Assembly: GCA_050084515.1 (NCBI GenBank)
Contig: CM114271.1
Coordinates: forward strand, 19,716,001 to 19,780,000
DNA: 64,000 nucleotides
Reading direction: 5' to 3'
Origin: Blasia pusilla
Lineage: Eukaryota
Both the position numbers and the translations under genes were made by a program. Positions 14,401 to 25,849 of this stretch are shown here, piece by piece. Under the pieces are notes generated by a model. That model did no database searches. It was not told the origin of the DNA and saw only the letters and a list, made by a program, of their open reading frames with translations. How positions within the stretch are numbered: position 1 is the stretch's first letter; each line of letters opens with the position of its first letter.

Positions 14401-14824
14401 GAGGAGACAGTGGAAATTAAAGAGAAGGTAAAGAAATCAGGGACATACCGTAGCAGGAGACCAAAACCTGCAGACCTAACGCTCCCAAACCACAACAAAT
14501 CGACCCCATAATCGTCAAAATGCACACATGTAAACCCTAGACCGCACTCGTCTCCAACAATCCGTTAGGCTAAACATCCTTTACAGCGCCCACCAGAGCT
14601 AGATAATGGCTCGGTATCAGCAGCAAGATCACTTCAGTGTGGAAAAAAACCTAGTCAACCGGTATGTAGTGCTAGAGTACCTGATGTAGATGGATCAGTT
14701 GGGACGGGGGCCATGAAGAGGCGGCTGGGGGAGTCAGGTTAGGAGCGGATACAGATGGTGCTACTAGGGGGGAGGGGGCCCGGGTGCTGGCGGGCACCTG
14801 CGGCGGGGGGTGCTGGCCCTGCAT
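2417..14824 (-). CDS. BRM: BRAHMA-like SWI/SNF (SNF2 family) chromatin-remodelling ATPase, 14 coding exons, ~2510 aa
   Basis: Exons inferred from GT-AG sites: 14824-14681, 12544-10672, 10563-9226, 9060-8951, 8506-8419, 8298-8212, 8013-7921, 7713-7630, 7464-7261, 6785-6540, 6365-4671, 4425-3793, 3512-3267, 3121-2417. Domains: poly-Q, QLQ ([20 protein letters not shown]), HSA-like region, Walker [14 protein letters not shown] box, helicase-C ([20 protein letters not shown]), C-terminal bromodomain ([12 protein letters not shown]). Splice phases are consistent except exon 2 (1873 nt, 1-nt frameshift near 10998). The first exon is the least certain. Confidence 0.93.
10760..11310 (-). repeat. CAG/CAA trinucleotide tract encoding poly-glutamine in BRM exon 2
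   Basis: Long (TGC/TGT)n run on + strand, giving Q-runs in ORFs 10781..12532 and 10654..10998. Confidence 0.95.
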
Positions 14825-16050
14825 GCACGACGCCGCCCGCACGCTCACTGCGTGCTTTAAGGACCCTAGATAAATAATCCCATCCTCTCCATCATCTTTC
14901 CTCTCATCATCTTCCACAGCCCTCCTCCCTGCTCCTCCCTCAACCCTCCCCGTAACGCACATAAATCCAAATCTTTCTTCCGTCGCCTCTTCTTCTTTAC
15001 TGTTTTTCCCCCCTCCCGATTCACTCTCCTCGTCACCCTTCCCCAGTCTGTACTGCAGCTCCCCCCCACCTTCCCTCGTCTTCGCTCTCGGCCTGCCTTT
15101 CTTCTGGCTTTTTTCGCCCCCCCACTCTCCGTTCTCTCTGCCACCCGACTCTGATCTGATCATACCATCGCAGCACCAAAGATCCCCTTTCCCCCCCCCC
15201 ACCCCCGCTGTCAAAGCCTTCGCATCACTCCCACTCCCCTCTCTGTGTCTTCCCTCCTGCTGCTGCCGCCTCTGGTCCGCTGTATACTATTCTGTACTGC
15301 CCACCATCCATCTACCTCGCTCCCCGCTCTCTCGCTCTCGAATCCTCCTGCTCCTGTTCTCTCTCTCTCTCTCCGTTGCTCCTCGCCATGCCTCTCGCCT
15401 TGCCATACAGCCCAGCCGCTCCTTTCCTTTCCTTTCCTCCCGCTTTCCGCTCACCCCATCCTCCATACATACATGCATGCAGGCCGCCATCCATGTCATG
15501 TCATCGCACTCCACACGCTCCTCCGCTCATCTCATCCTCATGGCATGGCATGCATGCATGCTGCGATCCATGCCATGTCACCACACGCTCCTACCCTCCA
15601 CGCCACGCCGACCGTCAACTCCCGTCCCGCCTGTTCCTTCCCTCACACGGTTTCCATGGCCCTCCCGCCGAATATTCCTCCCGGCTGCTACTGCGACTCT
15701 GCGACCACTTGCCTCGTCCCCACTTTACTTCCAGGTTTTACATCCGAGTGCGATGCCTCCCAACCGGAATTGACCTTTTTCTCCCCTCCGTTCTGACCCC
15801 TCCTCGGTCTTTACCTCACCCTCTGCTCCCCCCGCGCGATGTGCCCACCATTTACCCCAACCAACAAACAACAACAACCATCCATCCATCCATCCATCTG
15901 TGCGGAGTACGAGGCGCAATACTCGCGAGTTACGATGGCTTTCCTCTGACCATAATTCTTTCTGCCCTTCTGGAGTGAATGAATGAACGAACGAACGAAT
16001 CAATGAAACCCTAATTCGTTCCGTTCGAAACCCTGCACGCCTTGCCCCGC
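14825..16050 (-). promoter_or_regulatory. Probable BRM 5'UTR/promoter region with CT/GA repeats, RY (CATGCA) cluster and telo-box
   Basis: Pyrimidine-rich + strand with (CT)n near 15360; CATGCATG repeats at ~15472-15575; AAACCCTAA at ~16006. TSS not determinable. Confidence 0.45.
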
Positions 16051-16768
16051 GATTTCACTGGCCAAATTTCTGCAGCGTCTCCAGATTTAAAGCTCGCACA
16101 ACTCCCGTACGGTACCCTCCCGAAGGCCTTCGGCATCTTCCCATACACAGGCTACTACTACTTCTGCAGGGGAGTGGCACGATTACGGGATACCGTCGTG
16201 CTAATTACCGTTCCGCGGCGACTTCCGAGTCGAGCGTCTTCCAGCACGGCCGGCGGACCTAATCGTCGATCACGCCCAAGCGAGCGTTACCAGGCGTTTA
16301 GGGTCAGGCGCTAATCCCACTTGCCGTCGGCGTTCTTGCGCAATCCCTGACCGGATCCGAATCTCTAATCACGCTTGCGAACTCCGCTGCGAACACGGCA
16401 TAGTAGACACTGACTGGCCCGCCCGCCTCGAAGGCGTCTTTTAAGACCATACGAAAGTGCTGACGAAATCAATGATGGGACTGTTCAGTCGCGCATCATG
16501 GTTGTTCTGCCGAAGGAAAGAATGACAATAATGTCCATAATATTGGAGTCTGGACTCTATCCAACTACCCTTTTCTCTCAACGCAAAGTTCCAAAGTTCT
16601 CGATATCCATAACCTCATCATCGACGAGGTATTTTCCCGTAGCCTACCCTATTCCCTTCTTTTACTATTTTTATCCCGTTAAAAAGGCATGAGGTCTCCC
16701 ATCGTGATTCCATAGGCGATTGCCTCCGCAACATAATGTAGATTCGTATACACTCCTTTTAATAATAA

Positions 16769-16920
16769 CCAGTAAGAGACCGTGGCATGCACGGGTCCTT
16801 TTTAATAATTCGGATTAATATATCACTCTCCTTCCCTTACCACCCCAGAAGTATTTTTTAGTGAATAAAGACACGTGTCAAAAACTGGGGCATCCTCCGA
16901 TTAATTTAGTATATATATCA
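16769..16920 (-). mobile_element. Non-autonomous mini-Helitron (degenerate)
   Basis: Minus strand ends in hairpin ACCCGTGCATGCCACGGT then CTCTTA-CTGG|T. Its 5' part shares GTGTCAA..CTGG..CATCCTC..TTAATT..TATA with the element at 33976-34206. Confidence 0.5.
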
Positions 16921-19900
16921 TTTGTTTGTCCATGCCATCGCATGCAAGCTTATCGGGGACGGGATTGACTTCTATTAAAACGCATCGTTAGGGTTTGCGA
17001 CATGGCATCCACGGGAAGGATGCGAATTTCGCAAAAAGTACGTGTTTGGGCCCGCGGGAAGGGGAGGGTGTAAGTGATTGTAACTCTTTTGAGTCTTCTA
17101 CGGCGCTCACAAAATTTCCCGCTCCTACCCAAGCTACTCAAACTCCAAAATGGACATTATTGCCATTATTTCCTTACATTCGTAGTGTTTGGAATGGTGA
17201 GCTCTCTCGCCTTATGGTCTAATTTTGGCCACATGGAACAATATATTCCTCTATGAGGGTGTGTCACTTGGACCATCCGTGGGCACAGAATAGTTGGTTG
17301 GTGATAGTGACCATAGAATTGGGAAGGCGCTAACAATACACAATTGTCTTTTAGAACAATTCTAAACCACAATACATGCAACTCCTGCCCCCACAACACC
17401 AATGTCCGGAAGCGAGAGTTTTCGCGAGGAGCATCAGGCAACTCGACATAGGTCCAACGTCTGTGACGTCCCATGACGTTATAAGAGGCACTCGTGGAAA
17501 GCCCATGGGCTATGAACCAATTTTGCCCTAATTATAATAGCCTTCAAAATGGGTACCTTGTTAGGACCAATGGTATTCCACACTAGAATTGCCATGAAAG
17601 AGTTCCCTAGTATGCCACGATGGTAAGACAAAAAATATTTGTATTCCCTGCATCACTAGTGTTATTGTTCATATTTTGGTTTTATTACCACATTTTCTGG
17701 CTATTGTTAATTTTAGCATTTCGGAGAAAAAACATAGCATTGGAGATAATCTCACACGGATTCTATTATGTACATGGGTATTCTTCTATCCAAAAACTCT
17801 CATAATCACAATGCCAACATTCCAAAGAGGTGTTATGTGGCAAAGCAGATGTTTTATATGTTTAACTAGATGAACTCTAGAATACCCTAAAACTTGTGAA
17901 ATAACAATATTTTGCTTTCCATAAAAATGTGTGTCCTTTTATGTAAACTTATTTTTTCTGTTGTCACTCTTCATTATTCATTATCGGGCAATGCATCTCA
18001 TTGGCATTGCATGCATAATCATTGGTATTTATATGTCGCCATGAAGTGGTACGTGGTCACTCATCTCATTGTCTATTCACTTATGACCTTGGTTAGATGC
18101 AAATAGACAATTAGATGAGTGATATTTGTGTCAAATTTATTTCACACGATATTTGCTTAGATTTTTGAGTTATTTTTTATGTCTGCCCATTTCCAAAAAA
18201 ATCGCACTTATTGCCTCTTTCCCCTATTCCCCTATGTGGTGTTGACTTTCCTACTATTCTTATGTGGTTTGTTAATATAATGTAGTAGATAGTACTATAT
18301 TGAAGAAGCCAAATGTACCCTCCATTGGTTGAAACTAAACCATTGGAAGATCATGTATGTGACACATATCCATTTTTTTCAAAAGCACATGATTAATTTC
18401 CCCTCGTACAATGACACATATCAATCAATGATTTCCTAATTCGATTCACCAAATGAATATGCTACATGACTAATATAGATTGGAAGACAAGTATGGAACA
18501 TATATTGTAGTTGTAAGGAATAATCAAGTAGTGGGATCACTTTTCATCACTCAGGACAAATAAACTCATTGTCTCGTGAAATACAAGAAAGCGAAAGAAA
18601 ACCAGTTCGGACATATGCGTGGTGCTCGCGCTCCTAACTTTTTTTGGTAAGTTAGAAGAGCGCACACCTTTTTATGACGTTGGATGGGTTTCTTCCCCAC
18701 CTTCTTGTATTTCTCGTTGCAAGCCAACTTCCCTCGTTACAACTCCCAAATTCTAAAATTCTCTTACGATATGAAAGGAAGTCATAGCGTAGGTACTCTC
18801 GAAGGGAACGGGTGGGTTTCATAGTAGGGGAATCTCAGGTTCACGAATCTGATTGGGATATCAAGGTGGAAATACCAAATCGGATATCAAAATGAAGATA
18901 ATGTGGTATAATATGTTAAGACTCCATCCGTAGTAGAGGTGGGGTTTTCAGTTTTGTTGAACTAGTGGGAATGAAAGGACCAATCATGCTCCGCACAAAA
19001 TTCTTGTTCTCCATAAAGGGAAAAATATTTTCTTGTTGTCTGGTTGTCACATGTCAATCAAAGAGATGTTTCAAAATCAAGAAGACACTCTCCAATAATA
19101 TAGACTTTTAGAGTCGTTAAAAACGAATTCCGTTTCGAATGGTTTGAATAAAAATATGAAAACTATTGTAGGCTAAAAAATAAGTCATTCAAAATAGAAT
19201 TAATTTTTAACTCCTCAAATGGAGTTGAAGAAATTATTAAACTTTAAGAATATTGTAGAACTACGAAGTAAATGAGCCACCCAATGTAAGCCAATGGAGG
19301 TCTTGTCAAGCCTAAACTTTAGGGGTGTTGACTCCATAGAGAGCAGTATTTCGAGAATCTCCCATGGGGGCTTGGGGGTTTCCTATAACTCTTACTAGTT
19401 AGCATGCCCTTGCTTGCCCGCAAAATTTATTTTTTAGTTAGCATGCTTAGAAATTATAAGAAAATATTCTTCTAATAATTTAAATATATGCTTTATTTTA
19501 AAATTTAAATATAATCTCATTTTTCAAAATTTTAAAAGAATGATCGCATTTCACTTTTAAAGAATACCTAACCATCCTATATAATTTCATTCCTCCATAA
19601 AATTTTGAACCATTTCCAGTAAGTTAAAATATTTCCAAGGGGACTGTCGAGGTTATGATAGTTCATTAGGGGGGGCCTTAATCGAATTCCTCCCATTTCT
19701 ACTCTTCCCTTCCCACCCTTCCTACCCAAATAACATCCACTATTTAAATTATTAGTTAATTTTAATTAAGTGAATCATTTCACTTTTCCATTCGAATTCA
19801 TTTTCCTCTCCCAAAATATGGAATAGGAACATGGTTATTTCAAAACAATCATCTCTTTTATTTAAAAGTTTAAATATAATTGTTATTTTCTTAAATCTTA

Positions 19901-20449
19901 GAAGAGTAATGATAGTTGGCTGTTCTAGGTAATTCACTTAAAATTTAAATGATATTTAAAATTTTAAGTGATTAATATTTTCTACCCATCTTGTAAGATC
20001 GAGGAAAAAAAATTCTACCCATCTACCCATGTTGCCTATTTTGTCCTATTGTCTTACTATTTTTTCGTATCGTGCATATAGATTTGCCCATTAAAATATA
20101 GATGCTAATGCTTGGGAGAAGATAGGTTAGGTCTATCTCTATCGGCGAAACGGGAACGTCTCAAAATGCCAGAACGCGTCGACGCGGAGAGTCACGATGA
20201 TTGTTCGAGGAAAGGACGTCCGCGATAGCGTTAGAGTGAAGGCTACAAAGGCATACCGACAACAAAGTACGTATCCGATCATCATCTCAGTTTGTTTGTA
20301 GACTCGTTACTGTCACCGAGAGATAAGGCTCTCATGATTCGCTTCGTGCTACAAGGCGTTCCGTTTTGTTGGTTTCTATTCCGCTGCCTCCACTCCCCAA
20401 TCGGCAACGCGTCCGTCCGGTGCTCATCGCTTTTTTCCAACGGAGTATC

Positions 20450-23400
20450 CAACGGAGCAGCGATTTTGGGCGGGGACGGCGAGAGGCATGGACGGGGACG
20501 GCGGGAGGAAGGATGGAGGGCGTAGGGGACGAAAAGAGACGTGCTACATGTCGAAACGGAGAGCCTGACGAGAGCTTCATTTTGATCCGGACCTTGCTGC
20601 ATGGCGTGAAGTATTTTTATTTTTATTCATCTTTTTAGAATTCGGTTCATATTAGGGTTCCAAATGTGAATATTAGGGCTTAGCTTATTGTCATTTGGAG
20701 AAATTTCCCAAGGTAACGTCCTCTATTCACCCACCCTTCCCCTCCTTTCCCAAGTCCTTTCTTGTTTGTCGTATTTGTCATATGTGCTTCTCATTTTGGT
20801 TCGATTCTCGTTTGTATTTGTTACCCTTCCCGTACATACACTTTTCTTCTCATCTATTTTATCTCGAAGGGCCCATGATCTTTTCACACTCTTAGCAACT
20901 CTACGTATTCATGAGTTTATTTTTGGGAGGGGGTTGGGACTAGAAGTCCTAGGTGATGTCGGTAGGTGAGAGTTTATGTTAGAGGGAGCATTACCGTGGA
21001 CGGGAAGAGAGTGGTTTGCCAGGACCGCTCGTTCGAATGGGGATGACAGGACTGTTATTGACGGGGCATTGTTGCACGATTTTATTGGAGGGGGCCATGT
21101 CCTCTTCTTGGTGAGTTGCATCCATGCCTCGACCCGCATCGGCTCCCCGTGTGGGGACCCGTGGGTCGTCTAGTCGGGATACTAAATGCCCATGTTGTCC
21201 CGAATTCTTCACTCGTTCAGGAATTCGGAACCACTTAGCGGCTAAACATCCTGACTTTGATAGATTTGGATGGGTGGTCCCTCCTGTCGACCATGGATGC
21301 TCTCCGGTGCTTCCCGCATCATCGCCCCCTCCTGAGGCATGGGAGTGGTTGAGGTCCCACCAGGGCAGCATTATAGGTCTCTTCGAGACCCGTTTTCCCT
21401 GCCCGAGGTTGTTTCATAGGATCCCCCATGCTATTCGGGACGACCTCCGCCACGCATTCCTCCTTCCCCTCGCTAGGATCGCCCTTGATCCTATGGATGA
21501 GCTCGTGGTACCTACTACTTCTCCTTCCACGATGGTGTCTTCGTTACACTCGGGAGGGAAGGCCGGTCATAGAGAGGTTATAGCACGCCCGAGACGCTTT
21601 CGAGGAGGTGATTGGGAGTCTCTGCAGAGTGAGTTTGTGGCATTCGCAGAGGTAGTAGTTCACCTGGTTTCCGGCGGACGATCCCGGAGCAGCCAGGTTG
21701 CGGCGATGTAGGACACGGGGCAAGCTCGTGAGTACTCGCGAGCCGCGACGCTGTTTTTGCCCGATGGACATGGCTCCTTCTTCAGTTGTTACCATCCATG
21801 CCCTCCGGAGGCTACATCCTCGCTCGTCCATCGGTTGACATTCCAGCTTTTGCACGTGACTTCCACCCGACACGGCTATATGCCTTGACCCGTCCCTCTT
21901 TGCACGGGCACTCGGGGCGTTCTCGAGGATTGCGGCGGAGGTTTGTCTGGTATGATGTACGAACACCTTCGTGATTGCTTTCCTTCCGAGGACACCGCTA
22001 GCGGCTTCTCCGAAGTTGCTTGCCAGTTGCCTTTCACCTAGCTCAGGGGGAGAGTGCCAACAGCAAAGATGGCCCAAGTATTAGGGGCGGGGCGACTTTT
22101 GGCGTTGTCAAAGGGGGGTGGTGGTATCCGTCCGATTGCCATAGGTGAGGTGCTCTTGCGGTTGGTGAGTCGTATTCTCGCTTTGCAATTCCGTGAGGCT
22201 TTCGATCACATCCGAGTCCGCATCGTTTGGAGTTGCCACGCCAGCCGGATGTGAGACGGTTGCCTTAGGTTTGAGGGCTTGTCTAGATGTACATCCAGAG
22301 TGGGTGGTTCTCCAAGTGGACGTGGAGAACGCCTTCAACTCAGTATCTCGGGCTACTATATTCACAGAGTTGAGGGACGCGGGTGGCCCCATGGCGAGCC
22401 TCATTCCCTTTGTGCAGGCTTTCTATGGGGCCCCTTCGGCCCTCTATTTCCACCATGGTCGATTCGAGGAGGAGGTCACGGTCTTGGAGTCCGCACGGGA
22501 CTCGTCGGGGTGACCCCGGGTGGCGCGTTGTTTGTGTGGCTCATTACCGAGCGGTTCTTTCTACGGTGGAGGCTTTCCCGGGTTGCATGTTCCCTTCGCT
22601 GGCAGATGATACTCATATTGTTGGTCCTGGAGATCTGGTTGTCCCTGCATTCAAGCACTTTTCAGCACAGTTGGCACGTGTCGGCCTGGCGGTGAAGGTG
22701 GGGAAGTGCAAGGCTTGGTCTCCATCAGGCCTACGTGATGATCTACATTTACCCGACGGCTTCTTGCGACCTGTCGGAGGGCTTCGAGTCTTGGGAGTAC
22801 CGCTCGGGAGCCAGGACTTTGTATCGACTTTCGTGGCAGCGGCTCTTACCGAGGATCTTCTCCACGTTGATGATCTTACGAGGATTGGTGACCCTCAAGT
22901 CGCCTTCGGCATTCTCTCTTCTTGTTTTGCTCGTAGACCTGGTTACCTCACTAGAACTGTCTGGACATCTAGTCACCTTTCTTCCCTATATAGATCCTTT
23001 GATAGGAAGCTCATGCAGGTGTTTGGGGATCTTCTAGGACCCGGCTCCTTAGAGTGCCCCATGGGGGAGTTAGCTCGTAGACAGGCCTCTTGGCCGATTT
23101 CTTTTGGTGGAGTAGGTCTTCTCGACCGAGTTAGTGGCGCCCTCCGCTTTTTTAGGGAGTTGGGCCATAGTGGCACCCCTCCTTTGCTCCCGATTTTTGG
23201 TTAGAGATAGACCGCTCCTTCTACACTACGTCTCCCTGGTCGAGGATGGCTCTTTCCCACTTGGTCTTCACTCACACTTGTAGAGATTCCTTGAGTTGAG
23301 GCCGAGCCGTTCTCCCCACTTTCTCCTCCTTAGTTACCTCCGGTCAGTCTGGGCTCCAATCTTCCTTGATGGAAGCCCACTTTGAGGCAGTTTTTAGAGG

Positions 23401-24360
23401 CACTATGTCTGACGGGAATATCCCCATGGAGGTTAGGGCCCGTATTCGCTCTTGCTCCGGAAAGGGGCAGGCTCATGGGTAGGGGCGCCCCTTCTCCAGC
23501 TTTCCGATCGCACCACTTACCTATACCACAGCGATGCGGTTCCGCTTGGGCCTCCCCCAACCATCGGTGGTTGGTTCGACACACTGCGAGTGTCGCCGGA
23601 GCCTGGATCCACTTGGTGTGCATTTGGCACGTCTGTCGATTGGGGTGAGAGGATAGCCACTCACGATGCAAAGGCGGGATATCATGTTCAGTATTGCTCG
23701 GGAGAGTGGCTTCCATGTGCAGAGAGAGAGGCACTACTCCATGCGGGATTCCCTCATTCGTGCCGATCTCTACATGACACGTGAGGCTGAGGTGGTTGTG
23801 GCGGACGTGGTAGTCACAGATCCTACGCGGGAGGGAGGCGTCACGAGCCCAAGTGGTGGCCCAAGGGCGAATGCTACAAGGAGCGGGCGGCGGCGGCGAC
23901 GGCGAAGAAGACACATATCTACTGATCGACTACGACGGGACACATCTTCATCCCCCTGGCCATAGAGATGTATGGGGCTATGGGGGAGAGGTTCGACTCG
24001 TTCCTTACGGACTGCGCCCATCATCTCCACTCGAGAAATGGGTTGTCCTTAGCTACTGCGATTCTGTATTGTAGGCAGCGGGTCTCCATAGCGTTGCAGC
24101 GTGCCCAGGCTAATGGGATTTTGCGGCGGGCTCAGGCTGTGGGAGACGCCGGCGCTAGAGGCCCACTTAGTAGTAGTCATAGCTCTCTTGTTGTTGCTGA
24201 TATTGTCTATACTGTTGGTGAGTTTCGTCGTTAGGGGGGGGAATGCCCCCTTCTTCCTTTTCTGGTCGTGTTGTGGCCTTCAGGTTTTGACTCTTTGAAT
24301 CCCCCTCTTTTGTACTTCCGATGGGTTTTCCATCACTCGTTTTTATCAAAGTGCATCTTT
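20450..24360 (+). mobile_element. CRE-like non-LTR retrotransposon with restriction-like endonuclease, family A copy 1 (apparently full length)
   Basis: Co-linear near-identity to 59653-63551, from CAACGGAGCAGCG to GTGCATCTTT; 5'UTR ~670 bp, single ORF, short 3'UTR. Confidence 0.88.
21124..24234 (+). pseudogene. Single ORF of CRE-like element (C2H2 zinc finger, RT, Cys/His motif, RLE endonuclease), broken by frameshifts
   Basis: CPCCPEFFTRSGIRNHLAAKH; GGGIRPIAIGE; FGVATPAGCE; QVDVENAFN; GDP; SLADD; LRVLGVPLG; RADLY..VVADVVVTDP; EMYGAMG; RQRVSIALQRAQA. Confidence 0.85.
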
Positions 24361-25849
24361 GTTCTTTTTCCCTGGAAGCTAGACGGGTTTCGCTGCGACA
24401 TAAACTGTACCACCCCACAGTTCCTGGAAATGTGTGCCGCGCGAAACAGGAGTCGGCGTGGGTGCCGAAGTGTGGAGTTCGCACTGGAAGGCGTGTTTTC
24501 GAGACACCACTTTTCCTTACAGTGACAGTTGGGCTCTTCTTTACGGGAGAACTTCAGACGTACGCCGCCCACATCCCATCCATCACCTTAGGGTCGGTCA
24601 TCACATGGGATGTAGTGAAGTGAGTGCATTCACGCTCATCGCCACATCCGCGCCATGATGTTTCGGAACCGGCCGGACCGCCCTTCGCCGGTCACGCACT
24701 CACACGTAAGCAGAGGCTTCCCTGCGAGCCTGGATGATCCACGGGCCGCCGTCAAGATAGGCGGCCTGGAATGGAGATCGCATGAACGCCGTTGGTTGCG
24801 TCTGATAAAGGTCGTTTTTTAACGCCAGCTGAGAGACGTGGAAGCCTTTCAGTGGCTGGCGGGTGGCCAATTGACCGGCGGGAGAGATTAGTCTTCGGGA
24901 TGAGTTACCTCCTCCCTGTCCTGTGCGTTGGCTGAACCATTCGTATATTTCTACTTCTATACAGTATGGATGAGATAACCAACCAGAGCTCGAGGTTATG
25001 CGCACTCGTACGTATTTGTTTCCTTCTTTGTTTTTCTCGTTTCATTAGTTCGCTTTCTTTATCAGGTGTCTTCTTCTTCTCTTCATTTCAAAGGAATTAA
25101 ATATCGTGCCACTGTTCTTCAGGGAGTCCATAGTTATGGTACTTTTCAACGAGTTCTAATTTATTGATATAGTATGAAAAAATTAAGGGTGTTTTTTATT
25201 CGTTGAACTATAATTCTATTTTTAATATTCAAGTTTTTCTCTTATTTCAAGTGAAAAACGAAAAAAATATGTAATTTTCAATGGAGTAGGAGAAAAGCGT
25301 AATTGATAATTTTTAATGTTCATGAATAATATTATAAGAGTATTCATATGTACTTTTCAACACTTTCAGACATGCTAAATACTACTCAAATTAGGTATAT
25401 TAATTTGAATATATTGTGGATACAACCTTATTAGTTTTTGGCCAGAAAGGGAGAAACAAAATAATTTCAATTTGGAGTATTTATTTAAAATAAAATAGTT
25501 TCAATTGCTACATTTTGATTTTTTATTTTCCCTTATCCAATTTCCCCTTCCCTATAATAATTTTTTGATAGGGAAGGGGAAGTAAGATAAAGAAGTTTGG
25601 TATCCTCTTTTGAAAAACATCCGAGCGCCTCCAAAACTCAAAGACCATAGTTAGCTAGGACCATGCATTGAAGGCTCGTTAGGGTACCCTCTAGCCTCAA
25701 GTGCAATGGCGACAAAGTGAGTCATAACGCACGTTTGGTGAAAACGGTGCCGGTTGATGGTTGAAGGCGGACAGATAGTGAGATATGCGCAACATTAGGA
25801 TAGCAAATGAGAGAATAGATATACTTTTGTTTGACATATTATATATAGA

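Noticed and set aside
14449-14467. Possible 19-nt micro-exon in BRM intron 1 (CAG|...|GTATG)
   Set aside because: Weak pyrimidine tract; it would break the frame and does not compensate the exon 2 frameshift; no transcript evidence.
14866-16003. Several overlapping 60-200 aa ORFs
   Set aside because: Low-complexity GC-rich promoter/UTR sequence with no domain motifs; only 14824-14681 fits as BRM exon 1.
20545-20600. Hammerhead-like words GAAAC and CTGACGA in the CRE 5'UTR
   Set aside because: Only 7 nt separate them, leaving no room for the stems or the NUH site, and copy 2 reads GTGACGA.
20795-20812. GGTTCGATTC resembling a tRNA T-loop or Pol III B-box
   Set aside because: No cloverleaf and no upstream A-box.
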